64,000 bases of DNA from Stylophora pistillata (Eukaryota). A model generated the notes under the pieces. The model was not told where the DNA came from. It saw only the letters and a program-made list of their open reading frames with translations, and did not search any database. Both the position numbers and the translations under genes were made by a program. The stretch's first letter is position 1, and each line of letters opens with the position of its first letter. Where the stretch lies: assembly GCF_002571385.2 (NCBI RefSeq), contig NW_019217807.1, forward strand, positions 273,596 through 337,595. Direction: 5' to 3'. Below, one piece after another: positions 26,118 to 38,800 of the stretch.

Positions 26118-29100
26118 TCAAGAGGTTTCTAAAAAGGATTCTAGGGTAATGATATCTGTCGGGAAGTCATCTTTTAAGATGATTCCACGCTCTCGGTTGC
26201 AATCCAGTTCATCGATGAAACCAAACCAGTAAATCACCATGCCTGGACCAAATCTGCGAAATTAAACCAGACAAATAATACCTCATTACTGCGCTGCGGT
26301 TTGTACACAAAAGTTTGGCCCACATGTTCTAGGTCCATCATCTGCAATGTGTTTTAGAGCAGTTTTCACGCGCAAATTTTCTAGATTACCGGCAATCACA
26401 GAGCAAAGTAGAGCAAAACCAAAGCATTCCAGGATCACTTTGATACTTGATTGAAAACTAATCTAATTTTTCTCCAATCAGAGTTCGAATTGAATTCTCC
26501 CGACTTCTTGGAAGAAATTAAAAGAAGTGCTGAAAAAAGGGGGCTATCAATCCGCACGATGGCGATACTGCACCGCTATGGGAGATGGATACAGAACTAT
26601 CTTTTACACTCACAAGAATACGGTGGGAGAGGTAGAGCGGAATTTGGTGTAGCAGGGGTTTCAATAACTTATTCCATAAGTCGCTGCCGATAGTCTAACG
26701 TTCTCTTTATATATCACGGTCTCTTGGTTAGGTGCAATCAAAAGTTACCTTCAAGTTTTCAAGTTTGTCATTTACAATCCTTACTCAGTATTCTCCGCTA
26801 TCCATAAACATTTCCCATTCTCACCTTTTCTGTGATCGTCTCTTAACGTCCCGTAACTGGTTACAAAAGAACGTCGAAAAATAATCGGCCAAAACACCAC
26901 CAGAGCCTTACACGGGTTTTACAAACTGCCAACAAAAATACCCAATACGCGACTTTCCAACAGAACCTGCCACGCGCACAGCTATAATCATGCGGACGAA
27001 CTAATAGATTTAAAGGATGTTAAAATGTCTGAGCACACACATTACGCTAGTCCAGTGCCTCCTTCGCAGTCTCTTTAGGATTTTCCTATCTCCACGAGTT
27101 TATATTTAACTTCTAGGCTTTCCAAAGTGAATAAAGTTTTGCGCGAGACGAAATAGACACAAACCAACAAGAAGAATCGAAAACAAACTAACAAAAACAG
27201 TGAAGGATCGCGACGTACGTCTTCTAACGTCCATCGTTTTACCTGTTCCAGTAACTCCAGAACTGATCTTTCAAATACGTCTGGTGGTTGTACTCATCGC
27301 CAAACGAAGCTTTGCTTTCAATCCAATTAATCACGCAACCGTCTACAGCTGAAAATAAGACACGAAGAAAGGGAGTAAATTTCTAAACAAAACAGCGCTT
27401 TAGAAACTCTTTGTGGTGGCATATTTCCATCGTCAACTCAGTTGATAATGAATAACTATTCCTCCAAGTGGAGGTGGCGCTAGCCTCCAACACTGAGGTA
27501 AATAGTTGTTTTCCTACATTCTAAAACAGCGAGATAATATAGCACAAAAAGATGATTTTCATTCACATATTCCTGCAACGGCTACACTTTTTTCAGTCGC
27601 AAATCATGCGCGAGTTGCTCAGAAGTGAATAGCAAAGGATATTCGGAGCTTGAGTAGTCAACACCCACTTTCAGACAAATTTCACCCTCAAAAAAGGCGC
27701 ACAATGGCTGAACACAAGGCAACAAAAACTTAAAAACCAAAATTAACCAAAGCAACACGACAGACGATTCTCCTTGCAGATTTTCTTTTTGGGCATCTTA
27801 CATGAGCGATCTTGTCCTTTGAAACTCCGAGTTATGCCGAGTGGACTGGCCGTAAAGAGTTTCATACGCGGAGGATTTTCTAATATCCCCATTTTTGGTC
27901 ACTTGGTGGTAAAGGAAACAGAATTTTTGCCATCCTAAATTTACCAGCATTTTATTTTACCCTTTTCGTTCGGCGTGTACTGGTAAAGCAACAGACGAAA
28001 CGCAGATAACGAAGTTGCGATTGGTTTTGTACATACCGATAGGAATTTCCAGTTTGCAGTCCGGTGTTTTGTCGTATCCACGACTTCTCAAGTCATCTTC
28101 ACCTACACAACGAAAGGAAGAGGAAATTATCAGGAAAATCCGTCTCTCTCTCAGATATGTCATACAACTGAGCTCCACAAGGACTGTGTGACATTCCGAA
28201 GAAGACTGCGAGGCAAAATACCCAGTGATCGGCATGATGTTTAGGTACTTGACGAAATTGGCCTTCAGTTGTTGAAAAAAGTGTGTCTTTTTTTTTCATT
28301 TACTTTTTGATTTATTGCAAGCTCTCTTGTACGGGTATTTTTAAGATGGAAAGGCACAAAAAGTCTTTTCATTGCAACACCTGTAGGGTATCACACTCGT
28401 CAAACAAGGGCGAATAGTTTACTTAAACATGCACTAGGTGTCCTGCTATTTGCATTGAGAGAGCCAGAACAGTGAAAATAAACGAAACGCAAGAACAGTT
28501 TGTGATCCTTGCCCTGGAAAAATTGTATGTTAAGTAATTTTCAATTAATTCTCCCCAATCATCTAAGTCCTGAGACCCTTAATGAAAGTTCGGTCTCAGG
28601 CTCAAACCCTCGACTCCCTTCACGGTTACAAGCCGTTCGACCATTTGAGTTGACTGGGAAGCGGAGTTGGAGCACGAAACCCTGAAAACAACGAGAATAA
28701 TGGAAAGAGTAATGAGAAATTAGCAGTGGACTTTCCACGAGGTGACTCTTCTTGTCCTCTGTCTCCGGATCGAATTGAAATTTGGAAGGTTGTTTTCTTT
28801 TTGCGGGGTAGGAAACTGGAGCAAGGCCGAGAACCAACGACAAACTCAACCTACATGCGACACCAAATCCGGGAATCGAAACCAGGCCCCGCTCACCTAG
28901 TATCATCAGTGATACTTCGTATATCTGTACCTGTTTACATTTCAATATCTCCACTTTTAGATTAATCTATCACTCACCAAGGAACTGAATGCCTCGATTT
29001 TCAAGTCTCTCTCGTAGAATTAACTCGTACTCGTAACCGACAGAACTGTCAATAAGTTAAGGGAAACTCAAGGAAACGCAGCACACCTTACTAATTAAAA

Positions 29101-29424
29101 AGTCTTGTCCCTGACAAAGACTGAAACTTAAGTACTCTAAATACATGTATTTTACATTCAAACTTCGTTAAATTACACGGAGAGCAACTTCAAATGCCAT
29201 CTTTCATTCCCGCTTTTCTTTGTCTCCTAACATCTTAAGGATACCGTTTGATGTTGTCCACCAAGGGCCCGTAGTTTGGATCATTCAGTATACACTGGAA
29301 AACAAAGTGAGAGGCATAAGGTAAATACGTTGTTTAGTCTTTGTTTTAAAGTAAAACTCTACATGAATTCAACACACGGGCATTAGTATATGTGCAACGA
29401 TATAATCGTGCGAATGAATAAAAG

Positions 29425-29458
<34 letters not shown>

Positions 29459-32400
29459 TCCGTGGGGGAGTAGAAGAACAATTTGGTTTTATCAACTGAG
29501 TCGATGAGGTAAATTTGCCACCGTAGAGAGTTTCTAAAACTGACTTGTAGAGCTTAGCCCTTCGTCCGAGGTGCCAATGCTCAAATACTTGAAAAAGCTT
29601 TGTCTTGAGTTTTCATTTTTCACTATTTTTGTTTCCTTCTACAAATTTCTATGAACGTTTCAATTTGCTTTCGCTTATTTTTTTGTTTTTCTTTGAAATT
29701 TTGCGCGGGAAACTGGCGCGTGGCCGGCCAGGATGGATCCCCACGCGCATGCCCGACATTTGACTGCTGTATTGTTTATGGTATCCTACCTGGTGCACCT
29801 CAGTAGCTAGTGTCTTGTCCTCTATGAGAGACAGAGGATCTTTCATCATCTGGCTCACCACACCTCTTGGAGCTGAGAAAGAACAGAAAAAAGTAAACTT
29901 TCCTGTAAGTTCTAGGTGCGACATTTTTTCTTATTGATTTTTTTTCTTTTTGCGTGTTTGGAGTTCATCTACTTAAGTCTTTTTCTCTTTGTAATTACAC
30001 TTGTTTCATTAGCGCTTTTCTTTGTCATTCCGTTGCCGCCTTATGTCGCTCTGTGCTGCCTGCAAACTTTATCATGTGATATAACTGTTTTCTCGTTTTC
30101 TCAAAGCACAGTTTAGTAATGTTTCTGTCGCCGTCACAGTGTAAGTACTTTATGGTCCTCTTTCCGCCGTGTTGTTTGTTATTTCTTTCAGTTGTCTATT
30201 GTGCAACTATTGCAACCGTTTTCTATTTTCTTTAGTTTCAACCACCGTCAGCTAATCAGGATTAAAGTGAATAACGGATAGAGCGCTGAACTGTTGTGCG
30301 GGAGGTCGAGGGTTCGAGCCCCGGCCGGACCCACACTCAAGGTCTTAAAATAACTGAGGAGAATGTGCTACCTTTCTATAAGAAATGGTTAGATATTCTA
30401 GTCTTCTCGGATAGGGACAAATAAATGGAGGTCCCGTCTCCTGCAGGGTTAGGGGTAGGAGACGTTAATTTCGCACGCACGAGATTACTGTGTGATGAAT
30501 GTCCTCCCCTGGGGTGGGATGGGTGGGTTTCCACATTTGCATTTAAACGAGCTATAGCTCATATGCGATATGTGGTTAAATAAAATTACTTACTTACTTA
30601 ATTATATTTATATGAAAGACGCAGAGTTGTTAATTTCCGAGCCACAGACCTCAGATTTCGCCTAATTGCAGTAACACTTTCCCATGACTAAAAAATCCAA
30701 GTCACGGACATGAGGATCAAAGTTTCAGGGCTAAGGTTTCATCAACCCATCGCATCAATAAGCATATTCTCCATAGAATTACGGTCATTTCGCCCCCCGT
30801 CACTTCGCTCCAAGAGCGAATTTACTTTTGTATGGAGCGAAGTGACTTTGATTATGGAGCCAACTGACTTTTGGTTGGAGCGAAGTGACTGGGGGCGAAA
30901 TGACCATGGAGTGAAGTGACCAGATACCTCTCCCATACTTGCTCCCTATATTTCCTAAGGTACTGACGAGGGGAACTTGTTTAACAATCAACAGATTCAT
31001 TAGTTGGTGGTGATTTCTGTTATTCTTGCGACTGCAATGTTTGATTTAGGGTGATATTGTGAGAAGAAATTGGGTGCTAGTCACTCCTAGAGGTAAGAAG
31101 GCAAAACACGGTTTATATATACTGTCAGAAACAAAACGCTGCACTTACGATTTTGTCCCTCGTAACAAGTGTGAGATAGATGTCTTTCAAGCACTATTCT
31201 TGCCAGAAGAGAATGTGATAAATCAACCTGATGTTTTGAAAAAACAAAGCTCAACCTCCTCAGGAAAGAATGGAAATATTGGAAAACAAAAAAAAAAGAC
31301 ACGAGTATGATGTAAATAGACACTTTCTCCATCATTGGCAAGTTCTAGATGCCACTTTGTGGACAGTTTTTGGCAACAGTACCATGTTCATAACATATGT
31401 TGTATCTTTAGATTCTGAAACAATGGGAATAATGATAATAATGGGAATTTTTAACACAGACATTTGAAAATCAAGAGCTACTTTAGTTGGTGATCATTTC
31501 CTCTCTTCTTGTGAGCTTAATGTTGGATTCAGAGGGGATATTGTAAGTAGAAATTAGATGCGAGTTACCCTTGTTAATTTGATATGTATAGATACCCGTA
31601 CCTCTTCTGCAATCCTTAACAATACAGGCTCTCCTGAGTCTTGAGATACACCTGACAAATATCTAACAATTGAAACATTTTAGAAGAAAAAATGAGGTTT
31701 AACTTGAAACAATAACTGATACATCAAAGATGATGAGGTAAATTACTGTACCTTTCCAGACATAAAACTAAGAATGGAACTTATTATTAGAAAAACAAGG
31801 CATGTTAGAGAGCTCTGGGCAAGGATGCTTCCTTATTTACAGCTGTGGATGCAAGTAGGCGGCAGTTTTGCCACCTTTAACTTTACCCTTATACTACTAG
31901 ATCTTATTGGTAATTCTCCTTACCGTCTGCCACACAGTTCTTATGGTATTAGTTCTGGGAATTTTGTTTTGGATCAACTAATAATCCCCTAATTCGTACT
32001 ATTCTTTATTATCCAACTACACTTAGACGAGTACAAATAATGCCACAGACAAGTACAAATATCATGCCGTACTTGTACTCATCTATTATACAGTACCAGT
32101 TAAACAGGTTTTCTTGCATTGCACAAGCGAAGAATTGGATTGTAGTTATGAAAAAAAAAAAGAATTGAATTGTAGCTACCAAAAAAAAAAAGTGGCGGAC
32201 AATTTGAATCATATTTCCAATGACGAAGAGTCAGAATGGCTGGCAAATATAGATCCAAGTTTATTAGATGAATCGAACAAAGAAAAACAGCTTGACGACC
32301 AGAAAATTTCTTCATTTAATGGAGAAAATAGAAACAGCAACACAACGCGCCAATTCCGTTCTGCTTTACATACTTCTGTCACGCACTCCCCGTAAATAAA

Positions 32401-35400
32401 TATCCGCAAAATTCGCCCGCACTGAAATAACAGTTTGGCGTGTTGGATAGCAAATAACCTATTAGACGTTTTGTTGGGTAGTATCAATGAGTATTTTTAC
32501 TCGTTATTTGTATTTTGACTCGCCCTACGGGTTCGTCAAAATACGGCACAACTCATAAAAATACTCAGCGATATTACACAACAAAACATCTAATAAGATA
32601 TATTTATCCTCATCATTTCTCTTCAGGATATTTTATTGATAACTTGTAAGGAGAAATTCTGTCTTGGTCACTTATGGGAGTAAAGAAGAATTTCTTCACA
32701 GAGCAGCCAGTCATTTTGAGGAAGTATCTATTAGTTATAACAGGGGGCAAGCTGCTTTTGAAAACCCTTAATCATACAGGCTCTCTTCAGAAGAACCATT
32801 TCAGGTACCTTGCAAAATATTTACAAATACTTCACTGTCCTGAAAGCACTATATATCTAACACTTTGCCGAGTATTCACATTTTGCTCTAAAAACACAAT
32901 AAATGGGTTGTAAAATATATCTTCAGCCACACCTCTTGTAATAGGTCTCCATCACATCTGGCTTATGATGCTTGTGGTGGTTTTTTCTTGTCTTTTTCTG
33001 TAACAGTAAACCGCCAAGAAAAAAATACATTCAGACAAAAAATTCAACAACTGGTACTGAAGATGATAGAAATATCTTTATGACAGTTGATGGATGATAA
33101 ACAGCTACTCAGTGATTAAACATTGTTTTCTACTAAGGGTTTAGGTTACAAAATACAAAAATCAACTGATAGTGACAGTTTACCACTGAACCATACAATA
33201 CCATTAAAAGAGACTTAAAAAAAGTGTTAACAGTGCAAATATTGGAATGTCGCCAGGTAAGGAAAGGAGTAACAGGCCAATCCAGCTTAAGATTACTAAG
33301 CCTTGTGCAGCGACTCACAGTTACATAGTTTTAGGCTTTGTGGTTTTCTCACATGTCCTGATATCTAGTGGGATTAGTAATGACAAAATGAGCATGCAAA
33401 TAATTATAGAGACTATTACATGCAATGTGTGCACAAGTGATTTTTATTTACAAGTTGCAATATATAATAATAAATAATAATAAATAATAATAATAATAAC
33501 AATAAAAACCCAAAAAGTGAGTGCAGCCAACAAGAGATTTTTTTTTTGCATCCCAACAAGTGAAAAAAAATTGTTCAAGCACATTCCATGGTGCGATGTT
33601 TTCATTTCATTATCATACATACTGAGATTTTACCTTACTGACTGACATGTTTCAAAGATTGGAAGCAAATGACTGAAAATAGATTGTTCACCCAATCAAA
33701 GACATGAATGATATAACATCACAGTGTAAATCTCAGTACGTATGATATAAAATTCTGATGATCATTCTGCTTTTTCAGGTTTAACAGCAAAGAGTGATAT
33801 TGTTTGATGTACCACTGTTGACAAACATTCCAGAAGGTGAAAGAGTTTCAGGTTGATTCTACAGCATGGGAATGGTCTTGTAGTGTTTTTTCTCTCTCAT
33901 CTTCCATGTGCAAGGGTCAGATCACACTGTATCTACTGATGTTTCCATACAGAGCTAAGCTTTAGACTCTTAGAAATACCAATAATTTAATAATTAAATA
34001 AATAATAATTAAATAATTAAATAATAATTAAATAATTAAATAATAATTAAATAATTTAATAATTTAATAATTTCTTGTAGTGTTTTTTCTCTCTCATCTT
34101 CCATGTACAAGGGTTAGATCACACTGTATCTACTGATGTTTCCATACAGAGCTAAGCTTTAGACTCTTAGAAATACCAATAATTTATCTTCTTGCAACAC
34201 AGGATATCAGATATAGGTCCCCCAAGGATAACTACTCATTTGTTATAAGACTTACCTGATAATCTTGTGAGTATATACTAACTAGAGTGTTATATGTCAC
34301 ACTAAAAGAAAAAAGAAACAGAAAGAATCTTTGTAAAACATGTGATACCATTTCACAGTGTAGAGTAGTGTGTATTATTGGGGACTTAAAAGTTTTTGTA
34401 TGACTGAAAACCTTGGGGTATACTGGAATTTATGTGGATAATTCAAAACAGAGGGCTCTCCCAACAATTCTTGATAAGGGTGTGTTATTCACCTCTTCAC
34501 TGAAATCCTGTCCCTATTTCAGCCTAACCCTGGCACTTTCTGCACTCTTTTTACAGATCTGAGCCCAGTTGTTCAAAGGGCAGATAACACTGCCAACGGG
34601 ATAAATTGCTATCCAGTAGAAATGAGTTCACAAATCAAACTGTGCTATCCCCCAGATAGAAATTAATCCAGTCGAATTCAAACAACTGAAGCCTGCATAT
34701 TCTTTAAAATCTATAGCCATTTTCAAAATTGTATTCATGAAACCATTTCCTTTGTACATTTTTAGAGCAAGTCTAGCAAGATTTTGGTACAGCCCCATAC
34801 TTCAATATATGCAAACAGTTCTTGGATAAAGAAAACAATGGTAAAAACAATTTGGGATTACGGCTTTGTTTTAGAATAGCATGGGGTTATATGGAAACCT
34901 TTCCCATATTCCAATCGAATCACTGCGGTAAATACAAATTTTTTTACGCCAGGTTTGCTCCTGTAATTAAGCTTTGAGGTGGTAAAATTCACCTCAAAAT
35001 TCAGCTAGCATCAGGGCTGTAGCCAGACTTCAGAACAAGACGAAGCAAGTTTCGGGTCTGGCATGCCTCCCCCAAAAAATTTTGAAATCTAGAGGCTCAG
35101 AAATTTTCCGTGGCACTTTTCTTAAGAAAAGTCAATCTTGGGCAAACGTGGAAGCTCACTTTTTTATTGCCGAGCGATACTGGTGCAAAAAAAAAAAAAA
35201 AAAGGAAAAGGCTAAAATCAAGACGAGGCAATTGCCTCGTCTTGCCTCACGCTAGCTACGGCCCTGAGCATGATATCTCTGACTTCTCATCTTTCTCCGA
35301 CAATTCAGTTGGAGTTGAAAAGACGAGCACTTTTCTTCGTTCTCGTGGTTCCTTTAAAAACCACACTCGATTTAAGACAAAATGGTAAAAATTGATACCT

Positions 35401-35690
35401 TTTTCAGACCAAAACCGGCTCAAAACCATACTGTTTAGGCCGATAAATACTCATAAAGCCTAAAAAGACATGAAACCCGCCTCAAGATGGATAGCACCGG
35501 TGTAAATTGTACATGATACGGGATTAGCACGGGGTCAGCTGTTCTATGTAGCGACTCGATAGATGTTTATTTTTCTCGTTACTTTACGTTACGCTTACCC
35601 GGGGAACTGCAAAGCTATGGTTTTTAAACAGTCCCTTGAACCATACATATGCATCATGGATAATATCTGTTGGTAAATCTCTCGCTTCAT
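26118..35690 (-). CDS. CDIN1: CDAN1-interacting nuclease 1 (C15orf41), 283 aa, 11 exons
   Basis: Exons 35599-35690, 34256-34301, 32933-32997, 31602-31662, 31149-31227, 29790-29872, 29245-29294, 28978-29045, 28037-28102, 27243-27348, 26118-26253. All are GT-AG and phase-consistent (852 nt). Motifs include [18 protein letters not shown] and [21 protein letters not shown]. Confidence 0.96.
28565..28900 (-). mobile_element. Two adjacent degenerate tRNA-derived SINE fragments
   Basis: Minus-strand B-box-like GGTTTGAGCC (~28600) and GGTTTCGATTCCC (~28875), each followed by SINE-like body sequence. Confidence 0.55.
29423..29570 (-). mobile_element. Decayed copy of the hammerhead-bearing short element
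   Basis: Shares GGTAAGTTTCTAAAGAAACTGTGGTGCTGC and GGTTTTATCAACTGAGT...GCCACCGTAGAGAG...AGCCCTTCGTC with the other copies. Confidence 0.7.
30243..30600 (+). mobile_element. tRNA-derived SINE, family B, (TTAC)n tail
   Basis: B box GGTTCGAGCCC. About 240 bp is closely similar to 44270-44535, and the element ends in AATAAAATTACTTACTTACTTA. Confidence 0.85.
30782..30906. mobile_element. Small hairpin MITE
   Basis: GGTCATTTCGCCCCCCGTCACTTCGCTCCAA ... TTGGAGCGAAGTGACTGGGGGCGAAATGACC. Confidence 0.8.
32010..32600. mobile_element. Possible Crypton-like non-autonomous element nested in a TTAA MITE (about 31880-32690)
   Basis: A ~140-bp imperfect terminal palindrome lies at 32458-32598. An acidic ORF remnant ends ...[16 protein letters not shown]. 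The host MITE sequence resumes on both sides. Confidence 0.45.
33877..34187. repeat. About 110-bp direct duplication separated by a (TAATTAAATAA)n microsatellite
   Basis: Copies at 33877-33989 and 34073-34187 differ at only a couple of positions. Confidence 0.92.
35012..35266. mobile_element. MITE with CAGGGC termini
   Basis: TIR CAGGGCTGTAGC / GCTACGGCCCTG, with AGCAT directly repeated on both sides. Confidence 0.75.
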
Positions 35691-35822
35691 GGCTAAAAAA
35701 AGGTCAAAATTTGTGAATCAAAGATTTTCCAATATATTTCCCGCCATGGCGCAAAACACAAAACTTAGTAACCGGGCGATTTACTCGTTCCCAGGTTTTC
35801 ATCACAGTTGCATATTAAGAAA
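35691..35822. promoter_or_regulatory. Bidirectional promoter between CDIN1 and SRD5A
   Basis: Only 132 bp separate the divergent ATGs. An E2F-like TTTCCCGC (35737-35744) overlaps a YY1-like CGCCAT. Confidence 0.75.
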
Positions 35823-38800
35823 ATGGCTTCCCTCCTAGACTTTGCGAAAGGGCTGGAGGAACTCCAGCTCATCTTCATTCTCTCAAAGATAATGATGGTG
35901 ACGGGGGTAATTGTTGCAGTCTGTCTTATCTTTCTTAAGGCCGAATATGGACGGTACTTTTCGTCGAATTCAACACGGAAGTACGGCTTTGCTGTAGATG
36001 CAAGAGTTGCATGGTTTGTTCAAGAACTACCAGCCTTCGTCGTTCCATGTCTGCTGCTTTTGTATGCTCGCAAAGATGTCTTTGGATTGACTCCCAATAT
36101 GATTCTGCTATCGTTGTTTTTATTACATTACACTCAGAGGTTAGCATACCGTCCATATGTCCCCTCTGTTCTCTGTACAGGGGATCACGCACGGAGGGGG
36201 GGGGGGGGTACTCGATATATTCCTGGGTGGGGAAATTAGAGCTTGTAAAAATTTTGCTGTTTATCTTCCAAGAAAAGATATCCTGTTTAAGAAAAAATTT
36301 GATAAATTGATACCCTGATTAAGACAAAAAATGATAAATTTGATACCCTGTTTACGACAAAAATCTCAAAAAACATACCCTGGCTGGACGCACGTCCCCA
36401 TTAAGCTCTTATAAGGGAGTACCCCCCCTGGGATCACGCACTGCAACTCCCAGAGATTGACCTATAACATTCTCCTTAAATACTTAGGGAATTGAAAAGA
36501 GATAGTAAAAGAAAATAAATAACTCAATCATCCTTTGGATATTTCTTTGTAGGTCGCTTATTTACCCTTGGCTTATCAAAGGAGGGAAACCGACTCCTAT
36601 GTTTCTGTCATTTCTGGCGTTTATGTTTTGTGCATTGAATGGATACATGCAGGCAAGATATTTGACAAAATATGCTCGTTATGACATGTCTTACGTATCA
36701 AGTCCCCGCTTTGTTTGTGGTTTGGCAATATTTTTCATTGGGATGGCCATCAATATCCATTCAGATCACATTCTACGCAACTTAAGGAGACCTGGCGAAA
36801 CAGGATACAAGATTCCAAGAGGTATTACATGTTAAGTCTAATCATACACTATTTTGATTGGTTCTTAAGTATGATATATTGGAGGCCAGATGCATAGATG
36901 ATGTCACCATCAACAACAGAGGTATTATATGTTAAGTCTAATCTACACTGTTTTGATTGGTTCTTAAGTATGATCTATTGGAGGCCAGATGCATAGATGA
37001 CATCACCATTAACAGCAGTTTGCTTTTCTATTTTAAGCCTTTAACCTCTGATAATGTGTGAATAACATTTTCCTCTTCCTTTCCTTTTTTTTATGTGTGT
37101 AATTGTGCTATCTTGCTGACCATTAATTTATTTTCATTTAATGTTGTTGTTTACCGACTGCCTGGCTCTGCCAGCCCCTATAGTTATTCCAGACTGGCAG
37201 TCCTCTATTTGTTTTCAATATTGTTTTTTAACTTGACACAGGTAAGGGAGTACAAGTAAAGATTGTTGTTGTTGTTATTATTAACCCCCGAGAGTGACTA
37301 GTATATAACTTCTCCTTACAATATCACCCCTGCATCACACATTAAGGCCAAGGAAATAAAGGAAATAATCATCAACTAAAGGAGTTCTTGATTCTTAAAC
37401 AAATTCTACTTGTCAGCACCTTGGTAAATGTATAGAGAACAGTGTGGAGAATATGCATACCAATTTAAGGGTAGAGAGGGTTAAAAAGAAAAGGATTCTA
37501 TGTTGCTTTGGGTCTGTACAGTAATGAATTTATGGACCGGGGACCCGTTTCTTGGAAGTCCCAGTAACTTAATGGGCCCAAAGCCATTTCTAAATCAAAG
37601 TTTAAAGTGCACCTAAACCCAAAAATGTTTTTTCGCTTAACGAAATAAGCATATTTTTTGGAGTATTTCTGTGCAAAAATTTTTTTTATTTGCTCAAATC
37701 TTCAATTTTCTGTGCTCAGTCAAAATACGAAAAATCGGCCGCCATCTTGTCCCATGACCAAGTTTAAAGAGGAATGGCTCTAGCCGGTAATGTGACGTCA
37801 AATCGAGAACACGAAAGTCTGCATTTCGCACATTTTCACTTGTTTGGGAAGGTTGTGTCCATATTGTCCGAAAATATGCCAACTAAGTGTGTTGTAGGAG
37901 GATGTAGCAACCAACGAAATTTGCAAGAGAGTATCGCGCTTCATACATTCCTCGTACAACACACCTAGTTGGCATATTTTGGACAATATCGATGACAACC
38001 TTCCCAAACAAGTGAAAATGTGTGAAATGCAGACTTTCGTGTTCTCGATTTGACATCACATTACCCGCTAGAGCCATTGCTCTTTAAACTCGGTCGTGGG
38101 GCAAGATGGCGGCGATTTTCCGTATTTTGACTGGACACAGAAAATTAAAGATTTGAGCAAATAAAACATTTTTGCACAGGAATACTCCAAAAAATAAGCT
38201 TATTTCGTTAAGCAAAAAAAAAAAAATTTGGGTTGAGGTGCACTTTAAAGGATAGGAAAGCAGGTTCTGGCACCCAAACCAGTCCCTTTTGTTTCTTTAG
38301 CTGATAGTTTTATTGCATCATTTTCAAAACATTTGAAATCCCGATCTTGAATGAAAACAGAACAGCTTTACAGGCATGTTAAGTTACCGGGACTTTTGAG
38401 CCGGGTCCCCCGCAAACAAAAAATTCACGAAATAAAACTTCACCACATTTTTTCACAACCTGGTTGTACATCACCGAAAATAATTGCTCACAGTTGTTAC
38501 TGGTGATCTGTAAGTCTTGCAAATCAAGATGTTTTTTCCATATTGTTGCATTTGTTTTCTCTTTGTATCAGAATCGATTATTGTATAAATAAATGTAATC
38601 TATATCTTCCAGGAGGTATGTTCACATATGTGTCAGGAGCCAATTTTTTTGGTGAAATAGTTGAATGGGCTGGTTTTGCTATTGCTTGTTGGTCACTTCC
38701 CAGCTCAGCCTTTTTCTTGTTTGCTGCATTTAATATCGGCCCAAGAGCAATTCAACATCACAGGTATGTGCATCAAGATGGCACTTTTACATCTATTTTC

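Noticed and set aside
26451-26745. Coding-looking plus-strand segment in the last CDIN1 intron
   Set aside because: It needs a frameshift, has no start or splice support and no recognisable family. It is likely a transposon remnant.
28559-28965. 131-aa and 79-aa ORFs in a CDIN1 intron
   Set aside because: They coincide with SINE fragments.
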